64,000 bases of DNA from Candidatus Latescibacterota bacterium (lineage in GTDB: Bacteria > Latescibacterota > UBA2968 > GCA-2709665), in contig OZ242358.1 in the NCBI GenBank assembly GCA_965208835.1, positions 736,001-800,000 of the forward strand, given 5' to 3'. Of this stretch, positions 48,168 through 58,044 are shown piece after piece (the first letter of the stretch is position 1; each line of letters begins with the position of its first letter). The position numbers were made by a program, and so were the translations under genes. The notes beneath the pieces are model-generated. The model searched no databases and was not told the DNA's origin. It saw nothing but the letters and a program-made list of their open reading frames with translations.

Positions 48168-48339
48168 GGCTCCCCGCATTTCTTCTACCCTCTTCCCTCT
48201 CACCGCCTCTAACCGACCTCTCCCCCCGGCCCCCTCTCCTGAAGGAAAGGGGGAGAAGAATCAGGAAGACCCGGCTCACACGGAGACACGAAGACACAAA
48301 GAAAGGCAAGGAAGAACGAAAACCGAACAGGAGATGAAT

Positions 48340-49530
48340 ATGGATGCTCGACAAGCCCGATGGAAACCCGGTCCGGAGACGATTAAGTCTCTGCTCTCGC
48401 TGATCAAGTCCGATCCCGAAGAAGTACGGTGGACGGATATCGGCTGGGAGACCGACCTCTGGGCGGCCCGCCGCCGCGCGGCCGCGGTGCGGAGACCGCT
48501 GTTTATCTGGGCGATGAACGGCAACCCGCTCGGCTGCGTCTGAAACAACGGCATCGCGGGCCGTGAGTCCGTCTTCTCCCATCCGAAAATTATCCGGATC
48601 CTGAACGAATCCTACATTCCCGTTGCGGACAACTGCAGCTATACCCAGACGCAGAAAGACGCCAAGGGCGAGTTCTTCCGCCTCGTGGCCGAACAGGGCC
48701 ATTACGGTGGAGTCACCGAACCCACGGCCACCCGGCAGGGCCTGTACGCGTGTACCTCGGACGGCGAGCTGCTGGGGTCCATCAACACGCGGGATGCAGC
48801 CCCGCTCCTGGAAGTACTCGAGCAAAGCCTGGAACGGTGGCGGAAACGCCCGGATGCCGGCGATTCGACCGACATTCCCGAATCCTATCCCGTCGATCCC
48901 ATGCTCGGTTGGTCCTATCCCGAAAACGGCCTTGTACTGAAAGTCACGGTTCGCGACCTTCCGCGAAACTCCGGCGGCGTCGACCCCCGGCACAACATCG
49001 ACTTCGCGTGGTTTACCGAAGAGGAGGCCCTGTCACTCGTGCCTGAAAATGCCGGGCACGGTCAGACCTTTCGCGCGCCGGATTTTTTCACGAGGCGTCT
49101 GGCCCTGAATCAATTCATCGATACGGCCCGCGGTCAATCGCACGGATGGAAGGATGAAGACCTGAAAGACGGAGAGATCAGCCTGACGGTCGAATCTTTC
49201 CAATCCGACCTCGTCCGGCTCCGCATGGAGGGCCGCATCCACCTGGAAGGGGAACCCAATTTCGAATCCAATCCCCACAGCGGCCTGACGGTTGACAAGC
49301 CTCGCGGATTGAAACTGGATCTGTATGGGCGGCTCGCGTACGATCCGATTCGGCGAAAATTCAAGGCTTTCGATGCCGTCGCGACCGGTGACCGCTGGGG
49401 CTGCACCACCTACAACGTTCGCTTCGACGACCCAGGCCCCGCGCCCATCGGCTTCGCCTTCGAACTCGCGTCTGACGATCTCATCGAACGCACCCCTCCC
49501 GCATCAATCCGGCGGAATTATTTCGAATAA
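48340..49530 (+). CDS. Putative selenoprotein (396 aa): thioredoxin-like N-terminal domain with C-x-U motif (UGA at 48541-48543, codon 68)
   Basis: AGGAG RBS + ATG 48340; frame reads ...RPLFIWAMNGNPLGCV-UGA-NNGIAGRESVFSHPKIIRILNESYIPVADN... and continues without a stop into the 48685..49530 ORF; SECIS-like hairpin follows the UGA. Confidence 0.8.
48556..48572 (+). promoter_or_regulatory. Candidate bacterial SECIS stem-loop
   Basis: GCGGGC-CGTGA-GTCCGT: 6-bp stem including two G-U pairs; loop starts 18 nt after the UGA, with G-U at loop positions 2-3. Confidence 0.55.
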
Positions 49531-49595
49531 CGATGCCGTTGGGGATTTAGAAAAAGAATCGGATTGTTGCTGCAACCAGTCGTTACCGGTAAACC

Positions 49596-49628
49596 AAAGG
49601 CGCCTCGGCGAAGAGCCGAGGCGCTTTT
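49596..49628 (+). terminator. Rho-independent terminator after the putative selenoprotein gene
   Basis: AAAG-GCGCCTCGGC-GAAGA-GCCGAGGCGC-TTTT, perfect 10-bp stem. Confidence 0.8.
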
Positions 49629-49806
49629 AACGTCCATATATACTGCTTTACCCGCGAATCATTCATCAAGCGCGGCTGAGCGGAGCGAAGCCACACAATT
49701 GGGGTGCAGGTCGCGTCGCTGCGTCCTTGACACCGGCGGCCACTGAGGTTTTATATGGTATGTCGTCCGGTACGACCGACTTCACAACCAATGAAGGAGC
49801 GTTTCA

Positions 49807-50787
49807 GTGAACGTCCCGCCGAAAGACGGTATTCGCGTCCCTGTCGAAGACCTGCGACACCTCGTATGCGCGATCTACGAGGCCGTACCTCTGCCACGGG
49901 ACCACGCCCGATTGATCGCCGACCTGCTGGTCGACACCGAATTGCGCGGCGTGGTCAGCCACGGCGTTTTGCAGGTGGAGCGATACGTCCGCTCATTCCA
50001 GGATGGACGCGCGAATCCTGATCCGGCCATCCGGGTCCTGCACGAAGGCCCGGCGACCGCCGCGCTCAACGGAGACGGCGGCCTGGGGATGATCGTCGCG
50101 ACCCGGGCGATGCAGTTGGCCATTGCCAAAGCCAAAGAACTCGGCGTTGGCGCGGTCACCACTGTCTATCACGACCATCTGGGAAGTTCGGGGAAGTACG
50201 TGCGGATGGCCCTCAAGGAGGACCTCGTCGGCATCAGCCTCTCCGGCCGGAACGCCGCGCCGTCTTACAATCGCGCCGACAGCATCCGCGGCTCGATCCA
50301 GGGCAGCCCGCCGCTGGCCTTCGGGATGCCGTCGGGCCCCGGTCGGCCCAACTTCCTGCTCGATTATGCCAGCCATTTCGTGGTGGAAGACGAAGACATC
50401 CGCAGGAATCCGGCGGTATTTATGAAGGCCATCGGCATGTCTCACGTGGCCAACATCCTCTCGGGGACCCTGGGGGGTCAGATGTTGCCCGAATTCGACC
50501 GGAGATCCACAAAGTTCCAGGGCGCCGATCAGTCCGGATTTCACATGGCCCTGGACGTGAGCCGCTTTACCTCTCCCGGCGCGTTCAGTGCGGACATGGA
50601 CTACCTGATGGACGAGACCGCGAAGATGGAGCCGCTGCCCGGACTTTCGGATGCGGGTCTGCCGGGGCAGAGGGCCTGGAAGAAGGAGGCCGATTATCGG
50701 CAGAACGGCATTCCCATCAGTGCGAAAGCAGTAACGTCGCTCGAGGGTCTCTCCCAAGAGTTCGATCTCAAGGTACCCTGGACGTAG
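49807..50787 (+). CDS. Ldh_2 family (type 2 malate/L-lactate/sulfolactate dehydrogenase-like) oxidoreductase
   Basis: AAGGAG RBS + GTG; ELRGVVSHG, NGDGGLG, A..KAKELGVG, HLG, LPG....E...RQNGIPI. Confidence 0.85.
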   Translation: MNVPPKDGIRVPVEDLRHLVCAIYEAVPLPRDHARLIADLLVDTELRGVVSHGVLQVERYVRSFQDGRANPDPAIRVLHEGPATAALNGDGGLGMIVATRAMQLAIAKAKELGVGAVTTVYHDHLGSSGKYVRMALKEDLVGISLSGRNAAPSYNRADSIRGSIQGSPPLAFGMPSGPGRPNFLLDYASHFVVEDEDIRRNPAVFMKAIGMSHVANILSGTLGGQMLPEFDRRSTKFQGADQSGFHMALDVSRFTSPGAFSADMDYLMDETAKMEPLPGLSDAGLPGQRAWKKEADYRQNGIPISAKAVTSLEGLSQEFDLKVPWT

Positions 50788-50829
50788 GATCCCGGCACAA
50801 CCGGGCGATACGGGACGGGATTTCGTTTT

Positions 50830-51951
50830 CTAACGGAACCAGTCGTAGTTCAGCCCTAGTGAACGGTCTTCAAGAGGAAGCTCCACGCGCTCTCCGCCTC
50901 GCGCCGAGGAAAGCTTCAACGCAATCTCCACTTCCAGGGCCACGGCAATCCGCCGTCCCGAGTTCTTCGGTTCCTCCAGCCGACCTTCCATGCAGTCGAT
51001 CACGTCGTTCAGCGAGTAGACAGCGCCGTACGGATGCACGAACTGCGGCTCCGGCCACGGCATTTCCACGCGAATATTGCCGGTCGTCTCCAGCTGCTGG
51101 CTCAGCCGCCATCGACGGCCCGCCCTGAACTCGATCTCACCCGTACTCCCCTCCAGCCGGACCCCCGGCGCTCCCGCCCGAAAGTGTACGACCGTCTGGT
51201 CTGCCGTGACCATGATTCCCTGGCCCCTGAATTCGTCGCTTCCTCCAGGTCCCGCGAACTCGTCGGTGCCCGCTCCACGACGGGGAAGGTCTCCGATTCC
51301 TGAGACCCAGGCAGGGGCGCTATCCAGGAAATACGACCAGTTCTGATGTTGCGCGAACGGCGAGTTCGCCTCGATCGACAGGATCTCCCCGATGGCACCG
51401 CTTTGCACCAGTTCTCTGGCTTTTCCGAAAGAGGGGTGGGTCGTCGAGATCGCGCCGCAATTGAGGGGGACGCCCGCATCCGCGCAGGTTGAAACCATGC
51501 GGTCCGCCTCCTCGAGCGTGTGGCACATCGGCTTGTCGGTAACGATGCCGCGTGCGCCGCATTGTACCGCGAGACACGTCAGGTCGGCGCGACCCTTTGT
51601 ATTCGTGGCAATGGCCACGATGTCCGGGCGCTCGGCGCGCAGCATCGCTTCGGCATCCTCGTAAGTCGCCTCGATCCCGTAGCGTTCGGTGAACGCCGCG
51701 AGTCGCTTCGGGTCCCGGTCGGCCGCAGACGCCAGCTCCACCTCGGGTCGGCTGTGCAGCGCCTCGGCATAGGACGTCGGATTTCCTTCGGTGCCCGGAT
51801 GGTCGTGGTGATAGAACCGGCGATGGACGTCCAGTTCGGGCGTCGGGCGGTGCACGTCGTCGATTTCGAAGAGGTCCGGGATACGCTCCGCCAGATCGTA
51901 GAGCATGCCCATCCATCCCAGGCCGATCACTCCGGCTCGATATTTGGCCAT
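50830..51951 (-). CDS. Gfo/Idh/MocA family oxidoreductase
   Basis: GVIGLGWMG, PDIVAIAT, TDKPMC..LEEADRM; GGAGA RBS before MAKYRAG. Confidence 0.88.
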   Translation of the reverse strand: MAKYRAGVIGLGWMGMLYDLAERIPDLFEIDDVHRPTPELDVHRRFYHHDHPGTEGNPTSYAEALHSRPEVELASAADRDPKRLAAFTERYGIEATYEDAEAMLRAERPDIVAIATNTKGRADLTCLAVQCGARGIVTDKPMCHTLEEADRMVSTCADAGVPLNCGAISTTHPSFGKARELVQSGAIGEILSIEANSPFAQHQNWSYFLDSAPAWVSGIGDLPRRGAGTDEFAGPGGSDEFRGQGIMVTADQTVVHFRAGAPGVRLEGSTGEIEFRAGRRWRLSQQLETTGNIRVEMPWPEPQFVHPYGAVYSLNDVIDCMEGRLEEPKNSGRRIAVALEVEIALKLSSARGGERVELPLEDRSLGLNYDWFR

Positions 51952-52564
51952 GGTATCTCCTATCGCTGTGGTACTCAAACGGGCTGGCAACTTTCGGCAT
52001 AAACCACAATCAGCTACAATCGAACATCAACTCACACGAAGACACAAAGACACAGAGTAAAACAGAGATCAACGGTCGGTTAAATCAGCTATCAGCCGTC
52101 TGCTTAAATCAAGAATTAAAAGCCGAACAGCAAAGCCCAAGCAGCGTAAATGTCAACGCTGTTGTTGCTTTCGCAGGGTGCCCATGGTTCGCCCGCCCGG
52201 TGGATTGCCAATTTTCGATTGCCTAAGCCAGAGCGGTAACGCTATCCGCATTTCGCTCTATCTGATTAAAGCCTGTCGCTATCTCACGCGATATCTCTGG
52301 AGAGCACGATCAGAGCAGGGCGCGTTGTTCCGTCCGGCACCGAACTAATTCATCTTCCGTGGCTGGCAGGCCAACGTATCGGGTGAGTCCTATGTGGGTA
52401 TTCGCGCCATGCATAAGGCAGGCCCCGCGCCCAGCGGCGACTTTTGGTTCCTTTTGGTCGTTTCAAAAGGAACACGCCGTAGGCAGGGAATTTTGGGAAA
52501 AGGGGATTATTGGTTTTGTTTTTGACCTTTGCTATCAGCCGTCCGCCGTCAGCAAAACCGTCAA

Positions 52565-52672
52565 AACCTGCACCTGTTATGCGTTTGTAGGGGCAACACT
52601 TGTGGCTGCACGCCTCGTCGTGTTTACGGTTTTCCCTTTGTGGCCCTTTGCGCCTTCGTGTCTCCGTGTGAG
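52565..52672 (+). repeat. Composite repeat R2 (GTAG-REP plus 9-mer GACACAAAG-like tandem units)
   Basis: Reverse complement aligns with 63314..63413; the 9-mer block also occurs at 48275-48301 and 52031-52057. Confidence 0.7.
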
Positions 52673-52855
52673 GATTCTCTGTCCCGACATCCTCGTCAGA
52701 AGATGCTGGTGTTCCTGTCGCGTATCCTGTATGGTATACACTTCTGCGAGACGGGATAAATCGGCGGTCGAGTGGTGAGGAATTGTTGGGACAGGACACT
52801 ACATCCGACTCGAGGGACCCGGAAGGATTCAATCCACACGCCAGGAGTCACCAAT

Positions 52856-53632
52856 ATGCGCAAAAGCAAACTGCTTGCGAAAATACGCGATGGCAGGCCG
52901 GCCCGGATCTGCGGACTCGGTCACTTCATACCTGCGTACATCCGAATGGCTGCAGACGCGGGCTACGACTGTATCTGGCTGGACGGGGAGCATCGCTGTT
53001 TCACCGACCGGGAAATCCAGTCCATGCTCGCCTACTTCCACCTGTTCGACATCGACTGCATGTTCCGACCTCCCACCACGGAGCGGACCAGGCTGTATCG
53101 TTACCTGGAAGACGGCGCTACAGGCCTCATGATACCCCACGTCTCGACGCCTGAGAAGGCGGGGATGCTGGTTGACGCCGTCAAGTTTCCGCCGGTTGGC
53201 GACCGCGGCCAGGACGCGGCCGGGCTCGATGCCGACTTCTATATGTCAGGCGGGGAAACATACGTGGACGATGCCAACCGCGAGACCTTCCTCGTCGTTC
53301 AGATCGAAACGCCCCTGGCCCTGGAAAACCTGGACGCGATCGTATCCGTCGAGGGCGTCGACGGCCTGTTCATCGGACCGGGCGACCTCGCTTTGAGGAT
53401 CGACCGGCTGAAACCGGGATACACACTTGACGAAGCTATCAGGAAGGTGGCGGCCGTCGCGGGCGAACGGGAGCTGGCGTGGGGCTGTCCGGCGGCCTCC
53501 GTGGAGCACGTTCAGGAGCTGCACGACATGGGCGCGAGGTTGATCGCGTACGGCAGCGAGTTTTTTGCGCTGACACAGATGCTTGAAGCGTGTTCGCACG
53601 ACCTCGACCGGGCCTACGGCGACGACGACTGA
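52856..53632 (+). CDS. HpcH/HpaI aldolase family protein
   Basis: AGGAG RBS; GYDCIWLDGEH, LEDGATGLMIPHV, KFPPVGDRG, VQIET, DGLFIGPGDL. Confidence 0.92.
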   Translation: MRKSKLLAKIRDGRPARICGLGHFIPAYIRMAADAGYDCIWLDGEHRCFTDREIQSMLAYFHLFDIDCMFRPPTTERTRLYRYLEDGATGLMIPHVSTPEKAGMLVDAVKFPPVGDRGQDAAGLDADFYMSGGETYVDDANRETFLVVQIETPLALENLDAIVSVEGVDGLFIGPGDLALRIDRLKPGYTLDEAIRKVAAVAGERELAWGCPAASVEHVQELHDMGARLIAYGSEFFALTQMLEACSHDLDRAYGDDD

Positions 53633-53649
53633 AATGCGCGGCTGCTAAC

Positions 53650-54657
53650 TCAGTTCCCCTCGAACCGGGCCAGCAGTTCGGCCGCCCTTTCCCGCATCGC
53701 CGGATCGTTGTGCCGCGCGATGATGCGCTGGAGCGCGGAGACGGCGGTCTCGTCTCCCGCCTCGGCCAGGTCGAAAGCCATCCGGTCCCGCCTGTCGTGG
53801 TAACTGTTGTCGTATTCCACGACATCCAGTTCGTGATTCTCCCAGTAATACTTCAGCGATTCGTCTCGCCAGCCTCGATAGATCTTCTCCCAGGTGTTCG
53901 GCTGGCTGTGGGGAAGGATGCTGCCCGGCGCGATGGGATCGCTGGTCCTCTGATATCGCGCGTCGATGGACATGCGGAGACGGTCGGAGCGGTTCGGCAG
54001 GCCCTTGTGGACGAGCATGCTGTGGAAGAAGAGGACGTCGCCCTGCTCGAACGGACTGTTGACCCAGGCGCCTTCCAGGGGATCGGTAATCTCAATACCG
54101 CCTGCGCCGAGGGCCGGCTTGAAGTCGTACACGCCGTGGCGATGGGAACCGGCGGCGACCTGCAGACCGCCCATCTCCGCAGGCAGTTCGCTTAGCGGTA
54201 TCCACGCGGTGTACGTTTCCGCTGTCCCTTGGATGGGGATGAAGTCCTGGTGGGCGGGGGTCGTATACGCCTCCCGCTGAGGAAAGATGGTCCTCGCGAT
54301 AATCCGCGGATGTGGCAGAATCGGCTCGCCGGCCATACACTCGAGGAGCCTGACGACGTTCGGGTGATGCTGGAGTTCGTGAAAGGCCTCTATCGCGTAC
54401 ATATCTGCGTAGACGTCCATGTAGGCCGCCTCCGGCTCCACGCAGAAACCGTTGAGATCCGCGATGCCATCCTCCGGCGGCGTGTCCGCCCTGGCCCATC
54501 CGGCTTCGCGGGCGGTCTTGAGGAACGCGAGCCGCAGTGCCTCCAGGATCTCTCCCGGCAAGAGGCTGCGGATGTAGAGGTATCCGTCCTCATGCATACC
54601 CTGTCGCAGAAGAGATCCGTCTCCCGCGATGTCAGTGGAATCCTTGAAAGGCTTCAA
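53650..54657 (-). CDS. Phytanoyl-CoA dioxygenase (PhyH) family protein
   Basis: DGYLYIR, TPAHQD, AWIPL...MGGL...GSH, GDVLFFH..LVH.G.PN...RMSIDARY. Confidence 0.88.
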   Translation of the reverse strand: MKPFKDSTDIAGDGSLLRQGMHEDGYLYIRSLLPGEILEALRLAFLKTAREAGWARADTPPEDGIADLNGFCVEPEAAYMDVYADMYAIEAFHELQHHPNVVRLLECMAGEPILPHPRIIARTIFPQREAYTTPAHQDFIPIQGTAETYTAWIPLSELPAEMGGLQVAAGSHRHGVYDFKPALGAGGIEITDPLEGAWVNSPFEQGDVLFFHSMLVHKGLPNRSDRLRMSIDARYQRTSDPIAPGSILPHSQPNTWEKIYRGWRDESLKYYWENHELDVVEYDNSYHDRRDRMAFDLAEAGDETAVSALQRIIARHNDPAMRERAAELLARFEGN

Positions 54658-54702
54658 AACCAGTCCTCCCTGTCAGGTGCGTCTGAGATGCGTCGTGTAC
54701 GA

Positions 54703-55560
54703 TCACGCCAGATGGGGGAAGAAGAAACGCTGCGCGGTGCCCCATAGAATGGCGTCTTTCTCGGCGGGGCTGAGGAAGCTCGCGTGGTCCCGGATCAGGG
54801 CGACGGAAGCAGGAAAATCGGTCATCGGGTCCTCCATCTCAATGGGTCCGCCGCTGTCGGACTCCCACATGCAGCGATGGGCGCCGTACGCTTCGACCAC
54901 CCGCCGGATCAGCGGCAGCACGTCCAGGTAGGGTGCGCGGCGCGAACACAGCGCCTGGAGCGGACCGATCTTGACCATCACTTTCTTGTGCCTGGCAAAT
55001 CGGAGCAGCGCTTCCAGGTCTTGCTCGCTGTAGTCTGCCTCCCGGATGCCCACGTGGCAAACGTGGTCGAGAATGACCGGCGTATCCGGGAATCGGGTGC
55101 ACAGCCCGTCCAGATCGGGCAGCAGATCGACCTGCATGTTGAAGCTGAGGGCGAGTTCGTGTTCGGCTCCGACCGCGAACATTTTCTCGAATACCGGATG
55201 ATCCAGCGCGGAGGGCGGCTCGCGAAAGGCGAAACATCCCTGTTGCGCGAGTTCGAGCATGGTCCTGTCCGGCTCGGGATCCTCCAGGCTGATCATGCCC
55301 GTGCCCGCGTACGTCTCCGGATCGTCGGCGATGAGGTCGAGGATGTAGCTGTGGTCGTAGTCGTACCAGATCATCTGGACGAGGTTGATGCGCACGTTGC
55401 CCACCGACCGGCTGTAGCTGAAGTACTCGTCCGGCGTGAAGGTGGGATGCCAGAGGTCTTCTACTTTGACCCTTGGGGACAGCGGGTAGCGCGCAAAGTC
55501 ATCGGTCCAGACGTGGATGTGCGCGTCGACAATCCGACGGGAGGATGACTGTTCCGCCAT
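54703..55560 (-). CDS. Amidohydrolase_2 family protein (L-fuconolactonase-like)
   Basis: IVDAHIHVW, VILDH, YGAHRCMWESD, ILWGTAQR. Confidence 0.88.
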   Translation of the reverse strand: MAEQSSSRRIVDAHIHVWTDDFARYPLSPRVKVEDLWHPTFTPDEYFSYSRSVGNVRINLVQMIWYDYDHSYILDLIADDPETYAGTGMISLEDPEPDRTMLELAQQGCFAFREPPSALDHPVFEKMFAVGAEHELALSFNMQVDLLPDLDGLCTRFPDTPVILDHVCHVGIREADYSEQDLEALLRFARHKKVMVKIGPLQALCSRRAPYLDVLPLIRRVVEAYGAHRCMWESDSGGPIEMEDPMTDFPASVALIRDHASFLSPAEKDAILWGTAQRFFFPHLA

Positions 55561-55706
55561 AGATACGCTCCCTTTTTTGATTCTGGGCGGGCCTCGAAAA
55601 ATCCGCCGTCCCTGTCATTCTTCTCCGCCAGTTTTGCGTCTTCAGGTCGGATTGTATATATTAGTCCGAACCTGCAGATCACCGATCCTCTTAACCGGAA
55701 ATCGAT

Positions 55707-56465
55707 ATGACAAGAGAAGGAACCGACGCCGTCTGGCAGCCCGATATGCTGGACCGGTATCCGATGAATCCCAACGTGATGGTGCGGGACCTGGACGAGG
55801 AACGGCTGGACCTTCTCCTCACTTACGTGGCGGAAACGGGCCGCAGCGAATCCCTTTCCGCGTTCATATCGGGAGTTGTGGATCGTCACCCGAAGTATCT
55901 GCGTGTGAAAGAACTCTTCGAAACCTTCGAGGCATACAGGCGCATCGGCCAGGCCATCTACGAACAGTGGCGCGAGGGAAACGTGGAGACGATCTACGAC
56001 CTGGCCTGCGGCCACGGTCTGCTGGGCATTCTGCTGGCCTGGCGGTTCCCTGCGCTTCGCGTTGTCTGCGTGGACCGGGAACGCCGGCCGGCCTTCGACC
56101 ACTACCTGGAGATCGTGCGCGAACAGGCAGTGCCGATGGAGAACGTCGAGTACATCGAATCCGACTTCAATGACGTGGAACTGGGCCCAAGGTCCTACGT
56201 CATCTGCATCCACGCCTGCAACGAAGGCACCCGGGATGCCCTGGATATGGCCGGCGCGGCGAACGCGTGTTTCGCGGCCATGCCCTGCTGCATCCGGGAC
56301 CGGCTCTACCTGCGCCGCATCAACCACCTCGACGACGACAAACGATACACGGCGGCGGTAGGCGTTATTGCAGGCCGGTACGGGGCCTACAAGATCACCG
56401 CGATCGACGAGCGCATCACCAACCGCAACCTCATCATCCTCGGCGCGCCCGCGCCGTCATCCTGA
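55707..56465 (+). CDS. SAM-dependent methyltransferase (Methyltransf_32-like)
   Basis: IYDLACGHGLLG, IHAC, AAMPCC motifs. Confidence 0.8.
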   Translation: MTREGTDAVWQPDMLDRYPMNPNVMVRDLDEERLDLLLTYVAETGRSESLSAFISGVVDRHPKYLRVKELFETFEAYRRIGQAIYEQWREGNVETIYDLACGHGLLGILLAWRFPALRVVCVDRERRPAFDHYLEIVREQAVPMENVEYIESDFNDVELGPRSYVICIHACNEGTRDALDMAGAANACFAAMPCCIRDRLYLRRINHLDDDKRYTAAVGVIAGRYGAYKITAIDERITNRNLIILGAPAPSS

Positions 56466-56491
56466 TCCGTGAAACGCAACGCCGCCCCTAA

Positions 56492-56676
56492 GAAGCTGTC
56501 TTAAAACACCCAGCGGTCTTCGCGCGGCTGCAAAAGCGTCGGTCTGCGTTGGTCATATCCACCCGTCTTACGAGATCGAGGCTGCGCTTGCTCGCCTCTC
56601 ATAGTCGAATCTGCCCGTCTTGACCGACACATTTTCGCTCGCACTCGGGACTCACCAGGAATTTTAAAACAGCTTC
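56492..56676 (-). mobile_element. MITE (185 bp), inverted copy of the parE-parC element, with TAA target-site duplication
   Basis: TAA-GAAGCTGTCTTAAAA...TTTTAAAACAGCTTC-TAA; interior matches the reverse complement of 44940..45148. Confidence 0.88.
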
Positions 56677-56733
56677 TAACTGCCGGACCGTCCAGTCCTC
56701 CGCGCAGCATCGATATTTCCCCGACGTCGTCTC

Positions 56734-57738
56734 TCACCACCGGTAGTCCATCTCTCCGGCCTCGAAGGCCGCGGCCGACGCCATCATTGTCTCCAGGTCT
56801 CCCCTGGGCCGGAATCCGATCAGCGATTTCGCTTTCGTGATGTCGTGGTCGTACATCCAGCGCACCGGTAACGTCACCTCCAGGGGTTCCCGTCCCCTGA
56901 CTTCCCCGAGCAGCCGGGCGCCCTCGGGATACGTGAACGGGGCCGGGGCGCCGCCGTTGAAGGACTCGCCAACCGCATCCGGAGACCGCAGCGCGCACAC
57001 GATGCAATGTGCGATATCCCGCGCGTCGTTCGGCTGGTAGTACCAGGGCCGCCCCGCCTCGTCACGCGTGGCGCACGGTTGATCGGGATCTTCGGCCCGC
57101 GCCTCGACTTCGTGCCACAATTCGGTTCCGTCGGCCATATACATCTCCGTACGCGGCCCCACCTGTCCTGCTTTCAGGATCGAGCAGACCCGTCCGGTCG
57201 TGAACTGATCGAAAATCGCGCTTCCGGACAGCACGTGGCTGGGCCGTACGATGGAAATCCGCAGCCCGGTCTCGCGGGACGTTCGTTCGGCCATCAGTTC
57301 CCCGATGTATTTGGAGAGGGAATACTCGTTATCCGGCCGCTTGGGATGCAGTTCATCCACCGGATGGTAGGCGCAGGCGATGTTCTCGCCGTTATTCGGA
57401 AATACGCCGGACGAGCTCACGTACACGTAGCGCTCCAGACTGTCCGCGAACTGCCCGCACGCCCGAGATACCTCCAGGTTGATCTGCGTGTTGATCTCGA
57501 AGTGCGGTCCCACCAGGTTGGCCGTGTGGATCACGGCATCCGCCCCCGAAACCACCCCCTTGGTGAACTCTCCGTCCGTCAGGTCCCCTTCCACGAGTTC
57601 CACGTCCAGGCCGTCCAAACGGCTCAGAAAGGGATCGCCCGTCAATACGGAACCCCGGACCTCCAGGTTCAGGTCCAGAAGCTGCCTTACCAGCCGGCAG
57701 CCCACCTGACCCGCGGCGCCGGTAACCAGTACTTTCAT
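56734..57738 (-). CDS. NAD-dependent epimerase/dehydratase family protein
   Basis: AGGAGG RBS; MKVLVTGAAGQVG, YVSS, YSLSK catalytic motif. Confidence 0.9.
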   Translation of the reverse strand: MKVLVTGAAGQVGCRLVRQLLDLNLEVRGSVLTGDPFLSRLDGLDVELVEGDLTDGEFTKGVVSGADAVIHTANLVGPHFEINTQINLEVSRACGQFADSLERYVYVSSSGVFPNNGENIACAYHPVDELHPKRPDNEYSLSKYIGELMAERTSRETGLRISIVRPSHVLSGSAIFDQFTTGRVCSILKAGQVGPRTEMYMADGTELWHEVEARAEDPDQPCATRDEAGRPWYYQPNDARDIAHCIVCALRSPDAVGESFNGGAPAPFTYPEGARLLGEVRGREPLEVTLPVRWMYDHDITKAKSLIGFRPRGDLETMMASAAAFEAGEMDYRW

Positions 57739-57931
57739 GGCTGACCTCCTGATCGATATGCGGGAAGGCAGAAAATCCCTCTTCCGTCGCAAGGGACGGA
57801 CGAACGACTCCAATATATCCCCCGCAATCAGGAATCGCAACCCCTGCGCCAACACACGGGTATTCCTGATTATCCTCCCCCTATCCCCCGGGAGAAGGGG
57901 TCGAGGTATAGGTCGCCTAAATGCGGTAAGA

Positions 57932-58044
57932 GGGTAGAGGGAAGACGGTAGAAGAAATCCTTGCCCGATATTTTTTCCCTCCTTGCCTCAGGCACGAGAA
58001 GAGACCACACAAGGCAGGTAATCTCTCCCGTCTCACCTCTCCCC
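57932..58044 (-). repeat. Repeat family R1, copy B
   Basis: AGACGGTAGAAGAAATCCTTGCCCG...ACAAGGCAGGTAATCTCTCCCGTCTCACCTCTCCC; direct repeat with copy C. Confidence 0.85.

Noticed and set aside
48106-48339. N-terminal extension of the 145-aa ORF in the track
   Set aside because: It runs through repeat DNA (R1 copy D, hairpin, 9-mers); the RBS-supported start is 48340 (or 48334).
48541-48543. Genome-wide UGA reassignment (code 4/25) as the explanation of the in-frame UGA
   Set aside because: Many intact genes here end at TGA exactly at their family C-terminus (uxuA, parE, parC, SDR, permeases), so UGA is normally a stop.
52130-52490. tRNA-Sec, tmRNA or RNase P RNA
   Set aside because: No cloverleaf with a T-loop and CCA end, and no RNase P GAGGAAAGTCC signature found by eye.
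52350-52832. ORFs of 139-160 aa in the 52-kb intergenic region
   Set aside because: They translate repeat and REP DNA, with atypical composition and no RBS or motifs.
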